Shown piece by piece: positions 19,901 through 31,900 of a stretch of DNA of 37,868 nt (within the stretch, counting starts at the first letter, position 1; each line of letters opens with the position of its first letter). Made by a program: the position numbers and the translations under genes. The stretch comes from Macrostomum lignano. Lineage: Eukaryota. A model generated the notes under the pieces. That model was not told the origin of the DNA. It worked only from the letters and a program-made list of their open reading frames with translations, and did no database searches. Where the stretch lies: assembly GCA_002269645.1 (NCBI GenBank), contig NIVC01002201.1, forward strand, positions 95,555 through 133,422, written 5' to 3'.

Positions 19901-22900
19901 TATGACAGGAACTAGGACACTAAATTAGACACTAAGACAGACACAGACACTAAGACACTAGATCAGACACTAAGACAAACGCTAGATCAGACACTAAGAC
20001 ACTAGATCAGACACTGAGACAAACCGCTCACACAGGAGCAACCAACCGCCCCGCAGCCTGATGTGCGCCAGCATCTCTGGCCTCACCAAGTTCCCGGCCA
20101 GCTTCCCAGCCTCAGACGCGGTGAAGCTGATGAATCAGGTGTTCTGTCGGCTGGACCAATTAGCCTACGTAAGTGACAAAACACTGCAGGATACAATACT
20201 GTTTGCCAGAAAACAGAGCTAAAGACGGCAGTGGAAGCTGTCTCAGTCAGTAATAAATCGATGCTAAACATGGATTAATAACCGGAGACTTGTCGGCAGT
20301 TCATCTCTCCAGTTGTATGCAGATATCGAAGACAGCTTAGCAAATAAAGGGTTTAGAGAGGCATGTCTGTGCGCGGTAGTGACCGCTTGAAGTGCAGCAG
20401 CGATGAGTCATCCAAATTGCCGAGGGGCTGACTGGGTGTTGTGTGCTGCGGGAGGTTCTTTAGAAACTTGAATGGAAAGTTTTTTGCATGAATTGGCCAG
20501 TGCAGAATGGGTTTTTGCAAATGCAACATGGCTAAAGATTTGCGTCAATTAAGCTAGCTGAGTTTGAGAAATCATGAGCCGTACTTTTTGGGTCTAAGTA
20601 AATCAAAATTGCACAGAGATTGAGGAGGGACAGCGAAGAGATGAATGAAGGGAGAGTAAAGAGATTAAGGAAGAGCGGAGAGATGAAGGGAGAGTGGAGA
20701 GATGAAGGGAGAGTGGAGAGATGAAGGGAGAGTGGAGAGATGAAGGGAGAGTGGAGAGATGAAGGGAGAGCGGGAGAGATGAAGTGAGAGCGGGAGAGAT
20801 GAAGGGAGGGAGAGTGGAGAAATGTAGTGACGGAAAGCGGAGAGATGAAGGGAGAGCGGGAGAGATGAAGTGAGAGCGGGAGAGATGAAGGGAGGGAGAG
20901 TGGAGAAATGTAGTGACGCAAAGCGGAGAGATGAAGGGAGGGAGAGTGGAGAAATGTAGTGACGCAAAGCGGAGAGATGAAGGGAGGGAGAGTGGAGAAA
21001 TGTAGTGACGCAAAGCGGAGAGATGAAAGGAGAGCGGAGAGATGAAGCGAGAGCGGAAAGATGAAGGGAGAGCGGGAGAGATGAAGGGAGGGAGAGTGGA
21101 GAAATGTAGTGACGCAAAGCGGAGAGATGAAGGGAGGGAGAGTGGAGAAATGTAGTGACGCAAAGCGGAGAGATGAAGGGAGGGAGAATGGAGAAATGTA
21201 GTGACGCAAAGCGGAGAGATGAAGGGAGGGAGAGTGGAGAAATGTAGTGACGGAAAGCGGAGAGATGAAGGGAGGGAGAGGGAGAGAGGCAGAGAGACAA
21301 CACAGCATCTCTCAGAGAGCACAGAAGCACTTAAAGCCATCCTGATTATCCCTTCACAGGAGCATCAAGCGTTCCGAGTTCGAATCCAGGGCGACGAGTA
21401 CACTGCCGCCATCGGGTTCCCGCACGAGTGCGCCGAGCACGCCACTCTGGCTGTCCGCTTTGGCCAGGTTCTGCTGGAAATGATCGGGTGAGCTGGCGGC
21501 AGCTACTGCGGGAGGGAGAGACGCGAGAGAGAGATTAGAAGGAGATCATTGGGATTGATGAGATTGAGAGATTGGGGAAGGGATGTGACGGAGAAAAGAG
21601 AAGGAGAGATTGGGGAAGGGATGAGAAGGAGGGATGGGAAGAGAAATGAGAGGAGAGATGAGAGGGAGAGATGAGAAGGAGAGATGAGAAGGAGAGATGA
21701 GAGGGAGAGATGAGAGGGAGAGATAAGAGGGAGAGATGAGGGGAGAGATAAGAGGGAGAGATGAGGGGAGAGATGAGAGGGAGAGATGAGAGGGAGAGAT
21801 GAGAGAAAGATGAGGGGAGAGATGCGGGGAGAGATGCGGGGAGAGATGCGGGGAGAGATGCGGGGAGAGATGAGAGGGAGAGATGAGGGGAGAGATGAGG
21901 GGAGAGATGAGGGGAGAGATGAGAGGGAGAGATGAGAGGGAGAGATGAGAGAAAGATGAGGGGAGAGATGCGGGGAGAGATGCGGGGAGAGATGCGGGGA
22001 GAGATGCGGGGAGAGATGAGAGGGAGAGATGAGGGGAGAGATGAGGGGAGAGATGAGGGGAGAGATGAGGGGAGAGATGAGGGCAGAGATGAGAGGGAGA
22101 GATGAGGGGAGAGATAAGAGGGAGAGATGAAGGGAGAGATGAGGGGAGAGATGAGGGGAGAGATAAGAGGGAGAGATGAGGGGAGAGATGAGAATGAGAG
22201 GAGGGAAAAGAGCAGAGCAAGCAATGCAGGGGCAACCAAGGAGAAGCAACAAGTTCCGCACCGTTCGATATTCCAAGCAAAAGGCGGCTGCAACCAGCAC
22301 AGCCACAAGCAGCTCCCCAGCCTCTCTACTATGGATTTTTTACCCCAAAACTCCACACTCAACGCATTGCCCTCAGACTCTTTCTTTCCTTCACCATCCC
22401 AAAACTGATTCGGCTTGTAAAAGAAAGCCTAGGAAATTTATTTCAGGCATATGGCTATACTTGATAAGACACAGTTACTATTTCCAACTATGTATACAGA
22501 GTGCCGCCGCTGGCAATAGCTATCTGCTTCTAGGGGAAGGCTTGAGGATTGTCAGTCTCGAATATTGGACGAGTTTTAATTGCGGCAGGATTAATCCTGT
22601 GTAATCCGGGCCTGTTTAGCTTAATCCTACTGACTGCACAGCAGATGTTACAGACTTGTAGTTCAGGCTTTTCCACGCACCTGCTGCATGGACCGGGGTT
22701 GGGGTTAATGAATCGGAATCCATTACAGGTCTGGGTTGTATATACAGGATATGAGCCATCAGCTTGTACGGGGATCAGATGATCCCTAGGCTTCGGACTG
22801 GATATTTGCTCTGCAGTTTAATCACTGCAAGCTTTATGAATATTCTGTGTAAAACAGGCCGAATCTTTAGTGCATTCGCAACTTACCTCCCAGGTGACTC

Positions 22901-25900
22901 TTGAGCCTTGATCCATGGTTCGACTCCGCCCCCCCCCCCAAATTTGCAGGAATCTCTCCGAGTGCTCACAGCTGCCCCTGGAGGCCAGAGTGGGCATCAA
23001 CTCGGGCGTAGCTTACGCCGCCCTGCTGGGCAAATGCCGGCTCACCTATGACGTCATGGGCGAGCAAGTGGTCATAGCCAGGCGCCTCCTGCAAGCCTGC
23101 CCGCCTGGGTGAGCTGTCATACAGTCTACAGCTGGGCGAATTGAATTAAGTTTAGAAAGTGGAATTTAGATATTCCTCAGTGAGAGTTCTAGATTTATCT
23201 CAGGGTGAGAATAGCAAATTTCTAAATTCTTCTCAGGGTGAGATTTCTAAGTTTATCTTAAGAGTGAGATTTCTGAATTTATCGAAGGGGGGAGATTTCT
23301 CAATTAATCGAAGGGGGGAGATTTCTCAATTAATCTCAGGGGTGAGATTTTTGAATCCATCGAAGATGTGAGATTTCTAATTTCATCTTAGGGGTGAGAT
23401 TTCTAAATTCTTCTCAGGGTGAGATTTCTAAGTTTATCTCAAGGGTGAGATTTCTAAATTATTCTCAGGGTGAGATTTCTAATTTTATCTCAAGGGTGAG
23501 ATTTCTGAATTCTTTTCAGGGTGAGATTTCTAATTTTATCTCAAGGGTGAGATTTCTGAATTCTTTTCAGGGTGAGATTTCTAAGTTTATCTCAAGAGTG
23601 AGATTTCTAGGTTTATCTCAAGGGTGAGATTTCTAAGTTTATCTCAAGGGTGAGATTTCTAAATTCTTCTCAGGGTGAGATTTCTAATTTAATCTCAGGG
23701 GTGAGATTTCGCAATTAATCTCAGGGGTGAGATTTCCAAATTCTTCCCAGGGTGAGATTTCTAAGTTTATCTCAAGGGTGAGATTTCTAAATTTTTCTTA
23801 GGGTGAGATTTCTAAGTTTATCTCAAAAGTGAAATTTCTAAATTCTTCTCAGGGTGAGATTTCTAAGTTTATCTCAAGAGTGAGATTTCTCAATTAATCC
23901 CAGGGTGAGATTTCTAAATTATTCTCAGGGTGAGATTTCTAAATTCATCTCAGAGTGAGAGACACCCAAGGTTATCTAAGGCGTGAGATCTCAAAACTTA
24001 TCTCTGTTTTTCAATTTTGGTCAGAGGTTAGATTTTGAAAGCCCTTGATACAGAATCAAAGGTGAGATTCTTAAATTCATTGCAAGGGTGAGTTCGAAGC
24101 GCAAGCCTCACCAGTCAGCCTCTCCTCTACCAGGCGCATTCTTCTGTCTAAGTCGACCTACCTGGAGCTGGCGGACGCCGACCTGAGAGTCGAACCCGGG
24201 CCCCTGCTGGATCGGCCGGGCGCGAACGGCGGCGTTCGAACTAAACTGGAGACCGTGATTGTTCGGCCGCGGCAGCTCATGTCCGTGAGTTGGAGCAGAG
24301 AGAAGATGAAGGGTTGCCCACTGATTTTTTTAAGTTCGGCGAGATACCTAGTAACGGGAACTAGGTATAATGAGTCGATTTAATGAGTCAAGAAATAGCA
24401 TAGCAACCATATAGCAACCACAGCGACCGCATAGCAATGCCAGCAAGAGCAGAACAACAACATAACAACCGCATAGTAACCGCATTGAAACCGCATAGAA
24501 ACCGCATAGTAACCGCAGAGTGATCGGATAGTAACAACATACAACCGCAAAACAACGGCATAGCACCACATAGCAACCGCAAAAAAACGGCATAGCAAAC
24601 GCATAGCAACCGCATAGAAACCGCATAGTAACCGCAGAGTGATCGGATAGTAACAACATACAACCGCAAAACAACGGCATAGCACCACATAGCAACCGCA
24701 AAAAAACGGCATAGCAACCGCATAGCAACCGCATAGAAACCGCATAGTAACCGCAGAGTGATCGGATAGTAACAACATACAACCGCAAAACAACGGCATA
24801 GCACCACATAGCAACCGCAAAAAACGGCATAGCAACCGCATAGCAACCGCATAGAAACCGCATAGAAACCGCATAGTAACCGAAGAGTGATCGGATAGCA
24901 ACAACATACAACAGCGTAGCAACCGCGTAGCAACCGTATAGCAACCGCATAGCAACCGCATAGCAACCGCATAGCAACCGCATAGCAACCTTCGGGGAAA
25001 CTATTGGAGCTAAAATTTCTTCCTACAATGTCTTCTTCTATTGCAGTCATCCAAGAGCAGCTCGAGACAGCAGCATCATCTGGACGACGGGGAGCGGACC
25101 GAAGGACTCAGACGGTTGAGCCAGTTCGCCAATCACCAGTGCGAATCGCCGTTCCAGTACATTGGCGAGACTAAAGTCAACCAGGCTCAGCGAATGGTAA
25201 TTACCGGGCTGCAAACACTTGATCAAGTTTTTTTAGCAAAGCTGAGTAATCAGCTGATTGACTACTCTGACAGCTGGTCAGTTGAATTTTCAGTGAAAAT
25301 CGTCAATAGAGTGGTCAGTTGACCAACCCTCTAATCGAACTTCCATTGCGAAGTTTAGCTGACTCCATTTTTAGGGGACCCCGAACCTAAAAATCTATGG
25401 GGTAGGTCAATCTAATTATTGACCCCCAATCTAATAATCTATAGGGGAGGTCAGTTGACCCCCCAATCGAATTTTCTAAAGGGAGGTCAGTTGACCCCAA
25501 TCTAATTATCTATAGGGGAGGTCATTTGAACCCCAAGATAATAACCTAAAGGAGAGGTCACTTCACTTTCAATTTAGTTAACTATTGCGAAGGTCAGTTG
25601 ACCCCAATATAATAATCTATAGGGGAGGTCAGTTGACCCAACTCATCTTAAATTCGATCTGCTGGCCTCTATCTATCAATTTGTGTAAAAACTTCACAAC
25701 TTTAAATGTTAACAAATCTTTCAGAAGCTGACCGAGGAACTTCTGAAGTGCCAGCCCTCAGGAAAAATGTAAGAATCCTAACAACTCGTGGAAAATGTAT
25801 TCGAACAAATTTTAAAAGTACATATTCGAACCCACCCTCGCAGCAGGAGTTCCGGTGGCAGCTCCAGTCCTCTCATTGGGAACGGGCACGCGGCTTCGTT

Positions 25901-28900
25901 CAAAGGCACCGAACTCACCCGCCTGGGCAGCGTCAAGACTTCGTCGACCTCTTCAGGCTGCGGTGGTCAAGTAGCTGCTAGCGGCGCCTCAACAACCGTG
26001 CTGAGGCGCTGCCGAACCAGCATGAACCCGGTGACGCTGAAGTTCTCAACTCAGGCTAAAGAGAATGAGGTGAGCAGGAGTGCTTAAGTTGAACTCGAAC
26101 CGAAAGTTTGGTTATAGCTTTTGTTTAAGAATTCGAAATTCAGTCTTGACAACAGCTTAGCAAATCGCATGGCAACTGCGTAGAAATAGCATAGCAACCG
26201 CACAGCGACTGCATAGCAATCAAAAAGCATCGGCGTAGCAACCGTGTAGCAACTGTACAGCAAGCGAGAAACGTAATGAAAAAGCAATCAGCATAACAAC
26301 CGCATAGAAACCGTGTACCAACCGCATAGTAACTACATGTACGTAACTCGTAAACAGTAATGAGATAGAAACAGCTATCTCAGCAACCTCAAAGCAACAG
26401 CATAGCAACCGCATCGCAACCGCATCGCAACCGCATCGCAACCGCATAGCAACCGTATGGCAACTGCATAGCAACCACATAGCAACAATATAGCAACCGC
26501 ATAGCAACCGCATAGCAATCGCATAGCAACCGCATAGCAATCGCATAGCAACCGCATAGCAATCGCATAGCAACCGTATGGCAACCGCAGAGCAACTGCG
26601 TACCAACCGCGTTGTAACTAAACAGTAATCAATCAGATAGATACAACCTAGTCTCTACATTGCTTTAAAATAGTATAGCAACCGCTTAGCAACCCCACAG
26701 CAACTGCATAACAACCGAGTAAAATAATAGTTTGAATCGGTCTCGCCCTAAACAGTACAAAAAAACGACGAAAAGATGTCATTCATTTTGCTTAGAATTT
26801 ATTCGCTAAATACATTGCAACTGAAAACTCAAACAAACAATTCCAGTACCACAGACAGGAGGATCACACATTCGGAGCGGCAATGCTAGCGGCCCTATTC
26901 ATTTTGCTAATTAGCGCCAGCCTTCAGGCTTCAGTGCTGCCCAGGTGAGCTCTTCGCGGAGAAAATGTAGAGATGCTGTTAAAAGCTGTTTTAATTAATT
27001 ATTAATGAACCCTTCCCCATTTTAGAACCATGCTGCTATTGCTGCTATTCATGATTGCGTTCACCTGGATTGGCATGATGCTCATGGTGTTGCTGGCTGC
27101 CAGGCTTAAGGTGAGCAAATTCAAATCAAGTTTGAGTTGGACTCCAATGAACCGCTCCATGCACCTATCTTGTCCCAGATTTGAAGGCCTTGAACGGATG
27201 GCTTGTTATGTCACACAAGCGCGCGGATGCGTACGCAGTCATACGCACAGGCACACACTCACACAGGAGTGTACAGCGGCCCTAACTTTATTTATCGTTA
27301 GTCATGTACACTTCACTGTCCTTAGGGTTGGCCTTCAAAGGTGTTAATTGCACGAGCAGAGCCAAGCCGAGATTCCAATTCTGCCTTAAATTAATGTGAC
27401 TGCACTTGGAATCGAGCCTGGGCCGCTGGCACATCAGAGCGCCGAGTTGGACCACTGGGCTATAAGATATTGAATGGCAGTTACTTTAATCTATACCCTG
27501 TAGAAATTTATGCACCCCATCAACTATGCAGAGATTAATTGAACAATTTCATTGGTGATTAAGTCACGCGTGAAAGAATCTAAATTCACTGTACACAATG
27601 CAGTAATTGTGAAAACAACCAATTTCCAATCGACAGTGCCTGGAATTCAACATTCAGAGCTCATTCGTCATACGAGTGGTTGTCATCATTACTTCGGTTC
27701 TGTTTGTGTACGCCGTATCGCAGGCCAATGTGGTGAGCTGAGCTGGCGTTTAGTGCTGTCGGGCTTGGGCTGGAGGTGGTTTTAGGATTTTCAACCGAAT
27801 TTATTGATTATTTGGCATCGGTTTTCAGTTCTGCTGCCGTTCGACAGTGGGCAACAGGACCACGTACGGCCCGATTCTGCAGGACTCGGACAACTCACTG
27901 GAGCTGCAGTGCCCGCTGCCGGACTTCATTTACCTGTCTGGCACCCTCTGCCTGATCTTGGTGGCTGTGTTCGCATCGCTGCCCTCCTTCATCAAGCTGT
28001 TCCTGCTCGTGGCCGTGTCCACCACCTTCGGCCTGACTGTAGCTGTCACGCATCGTCCGCTGTTCTCGCTGGTTGACTCCGATGTCAGAGGGCTGGCGAG
28101 TCTGTCCGGTCTGGCCGCCTCCGCTCACGACATGTCAGCTGGCCCTGTGCCAACCTTTGTCTGGGGCCTCGTCTGCCTGACCGCTTTCTCCATCTTGATC
28201 TTCGTGCACTCTCGGTTTCACGAGTTCGCCCAGCGACAGGAGTTCCAGTGGAAGTCGCAGGTGAGCTTCCATGATAGCCTAGAGTTTTAGCCTAGTGGCT
28301 AGAGCGTCGGAATTGAGACTGAAAGGTCCGGGGTTTCATTCTCGACCCACTCGTAACAATCTATAGTCCTTGACTTCTTGAGCAAGGCATTTAACTCTGC
28401 ATTGCTTCAGATCACCCAGCTGTAAAATGGGTGCCAGCATTAGCTGGAGTAATTCTAGGGGATCTTTGGACTGAACAGCCGTACGCAACCTTCAGATTTA
28501 CTCGGGCTCGAGCTGTCGGTTGCACATCTGCCCATTAGAAGATGGAATAGGAGAGGAGAGGGAGGGGATTAGAGAGTAGGGAGCTGAGAAGAGACACAAA
28601 CCCTGAGCGGCCCAGATTGCCATTGTGAAGTTTCAAAGGACCCGAGGGCCGGATAGAAAGGCTTTGTGGGCCGGAGTTTGCCGATCCTGAATAGCAAATG
28701 AATCACATATTTGCTTCTCCTGTGGTAAATTCAAAATGTTTTTTTAGAGAAAAAGTTTAAATAATAGTATGGGGTAGCGGAAGCTCTCACAATTCTGTTG
28801 TGTTTTAATTGAGGATTTTGCAAAGATTTTCTTTTTAATAGAAAAATCAACATTTCTACTTAGCAGACTTACAACCCTCGTACAGCCCAAATCGAATCAT

Positions 28901-31900
28901 TCTCTTTCATTTTTAACGAATATTTTTTCAGTCCGCCGAGAACCAGCACGACATGTTCCTGGTGAAGGAGGCCAGTTGCTGTTTGCTGAAAAATCTGCTG
29001 CCGCAGCACGTTGCGCTGCATTTCACGGATACGACTTATCGAAATCCTGTGGTGAGTACAGCTGGTAGCGGGTTTCACTTATTTAATTAATCTAATCTAT
29101 TTAAATCAGCTGATAGCAATGATAGAAATATCCTATTCGAGTGTAACGTCAAGTGCAATTCACCAGAAGAATAGGAGCTCGACTTTTTCTGACAAATTTA
29201 TTCATAGACAGCTTATTCATATTTACATAGGGAACTTGGCATGTAGTGTATATTGATAGAATAAGAGGCACAGATAGAGAGGGTTACACAGACTCGAGGT
29301 CAGTTGCCAGGCCACGAATTATTATAAGCATAACTCCGACGCGCAACGACGAAGCGTCGCACTAGAGGCCCGAAATGCCCTCCCTCATCCACTCTGGCCC
29401 AGCAAACCTTACCGAATGCCTTGATGGATGGGGCATGCCAAAGCCAAAGCCTGCCCCTGCCACCGAGTGCCGGTGGGGGTTTGCCGGTTGTTGCGCAGGG
29501 AATGAAGCCGAAAAAAGCGACGCGGAACTATAGGAAAAACTTGCCCGATTCCTCATCAATATATGCATATCTGCGCGTGCCTCGCGTGCCCGCATTCGAG
29601 CTTGGGTGAGTCATCAGAGCTAGCTGGAGAGGAGAAAACTTCACTATGGCTGGGGGTTTCGGGAGTTTGACGCGCGCGGTTTCGGTAGCAGTCATAACTT
29701 CGGTTCCCCAGTTGGGAGTATGCTGGGCTGAAGCCGGGAAAGCCTTCGAGTTTCGACCTGTGCAGCAGGGAGCCAGAGGGATGTGGAGTGCGTAGGAATT
29801 TCACAAAAAGCTAGAAAACCGTTTTTACTGACAGAGAAGCTCAGGGGTTAAGGCGTTTGACTCCAGGCACCAAAGTACCTGGGCCACACAAATTTGAGGC
29901 TCGTGAAAAAATTTACCTGACGTTTGGCACGAAAAATCGCCCATGAGGGCCAAAGCCCCAGGTCACAGAGTGAGAAATGCCTGCCAATGAGAAAGTCAGG
30001 GCCGTCTGTACATCCTGTGGATTTTTGCCTGCATTTCCGTGCGCCTTTGTGTGCTCTTTTGATGCCCTCCCCTAACGTCTCTCGCCAACACAGGATCTGT
30101 ACGCCCAAGAGTACCAGCTGCTGGGCATCCTGTGGGCCAATCTACCGGATTGGCAGCCAGCTCCTGGCACTGAGGCTCCCCTGCTTGTCCAGGAGAGCAT
30201 CCGGGTGCTCAATGACGTCATCTGCGAGCTGGACGAGCTAATTCAACGTGCCGACCGACACCAGGAGCTCGTCAAAGTGCGCACAGTTGGGGAAAACTAT
30301 GTAGTAGCTGTTGGCATGAATCCGCAACTGCAGGACAACCCGGCCAGCAAGCTGTTCCACCTTACCGGTCTGGTCCAGCTGGCCCAGCTGATGCGCCGCA
30401 GGGTGGCTGAACTCAACGCCACACTGTACGAGGATCGCATCCGTATGCGGGTTGGCATCGACCTCGGACCCGGCTTCTGCGGCGTGGTCGGCGGCTCCAG
30501 GCCAGTTTTCGACATCTGGGGCCAGGCAGCATCTATTTCGAAAGTGCTGGCCTCAGCGGCCGGTCCCGGACAGATCCTAGTGTCCGAACGTGTGCACCGG
30601 GTGGCTCAGCAGCAGTTCGACTTTACCGAGCATTCGTCGCACAACGTTGACGGCTTGCGAGTTCGCGCCATGGTGCTGCGCGAGGGCCGACCGGCCACGT
30701 CCTCTAGCCGAAATTCTCAAGTGACTGTAAATTCCACTGGCTTCCGTCAGCATCAAGGCAGTCAGCAACACCATCATCAACCGAGCCGCCGACAAAATAG
30801 CCCGCTAGAGTCGCCACAAGAAGCTTTCTCGGTGCTACAGGCCGGAGTCTCCAATAACATTTACTCTGCCCACTGCGGCAGCGGTTCCGGCCTCAAGCCG
30901 ATACCCGAGACGCACACACGGAGCGTGGTCGCTGCTGAAACGCAGACGCCGACTCTGCCACCGCCGCCTCCGCCACCTCAACTTCAGCCTCAGATTCAAC
31001 CGCAGCCTCACCAGCAGAAGCCGCAGAGGCCTCGAAGAATTAGCGACACCGTTGCCAGTAGGTCATCCCTGAGCAGTTTCCTCATGCACGAGAGTGCCGC
31101 CTTTCAGTCGGCGGCTAGGCATCCGCCGGGTGACACGCTCGATCAGATTGTCACCTCTGACGAAGATGAAGTAGCAACTGAGGCTACGGACAACGCCGCT
31201 GCAGTCAGCGCTTCGGCTACCGCCTCTGCTGAGATGCCGGGGCCGGTGAGCCACAGAAACCCGCTGTACACTGACACTGAGTACGATTCTATGGCTGAGA
31301 GTAGCGCAAACATCTTCATGGAGATGGCGGCTGTGAAGTCATCGGCTCCCGTGCCGCCTCCGCCGCGACCTCCACGTGGCAGTCACGGTCATAGCACCAG
31401 CATGACGCGATCGAACTCCGACACCAGTGGACATCACCAGTCTCAGCCTCAGCACCAATACCGGCCTCCTCCGCCAGTAGCCGCAGCTCGCGCTTCTGGA
31501 AAGTCTCGCACCTCAGCAAGCCCATCAGCCGAAGGTAGCCAGCGCAGCACGCCCAGTGCCCGTCACCTAGACTTCCCCGAGTATACGCGCCCGAGTCCTC
31601 CGATCTTGTCGCCAGCCAGTCGGCTGAGTGACTCCTCTGGAGGTAGCCGTTGCGGCGCTGGAGGCTTGAAGACTTCACCGCCATCAGACACGGCTGGGGC
31701 CACTTTGTCGCTTCCACCAATTGAGGCACCGATCTCTACAGCGTCCGCGACATCAACCAGCGCAGAACCCTCGCAGCGTTCAAACGCAGCCGCCAATACT
31801 GGCTGGGAAACGACGAACACATGCAGCGGCTCTACTGTGCCTCCAGTACTGTTCCGATTGGCCAAGGAACGCAGCGGAGCGTTCCGACTGGCGCCAGTAG

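Noticed and set aside
20532-22362. Long Ser/Pro/Leu/His-rich minus-strand ORFs
   Set aside because: They are artefacts of the purine-rich arrays in introns 4 and 5.
22917-22927. GGTTCGACTCC B-box (possible tRNA)
   Set aside because: There is no matching A box or cloverleaf; at most it is a SINE remnant beside the exon-6 acceptor.
25706-25981. Frame QEFRWQLQSSHW... as the exon-10 reading frame
   Set aside because: It hits a stop at 25979-81. The 44-nt exon 9 sets the frame that reaches the NPVTLKF motif and the donor.
24348-26606. Cys/Tyr/Ala-rich MRLLCGCYAVA ORFs
   Set aside because: They are translations of the 11-bp GCATAGCAACC arrays.
29330-29830. GC-rich island in intron 15 with a strong donor GG|GTGAGT (29606), as a possible extra exon or internal promoter
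   Set aside because: The local ORF would end in phase 2 while exon 16 starts in phase 0. It shows no cyclase similarity, and I found no second copy or clear element ends.
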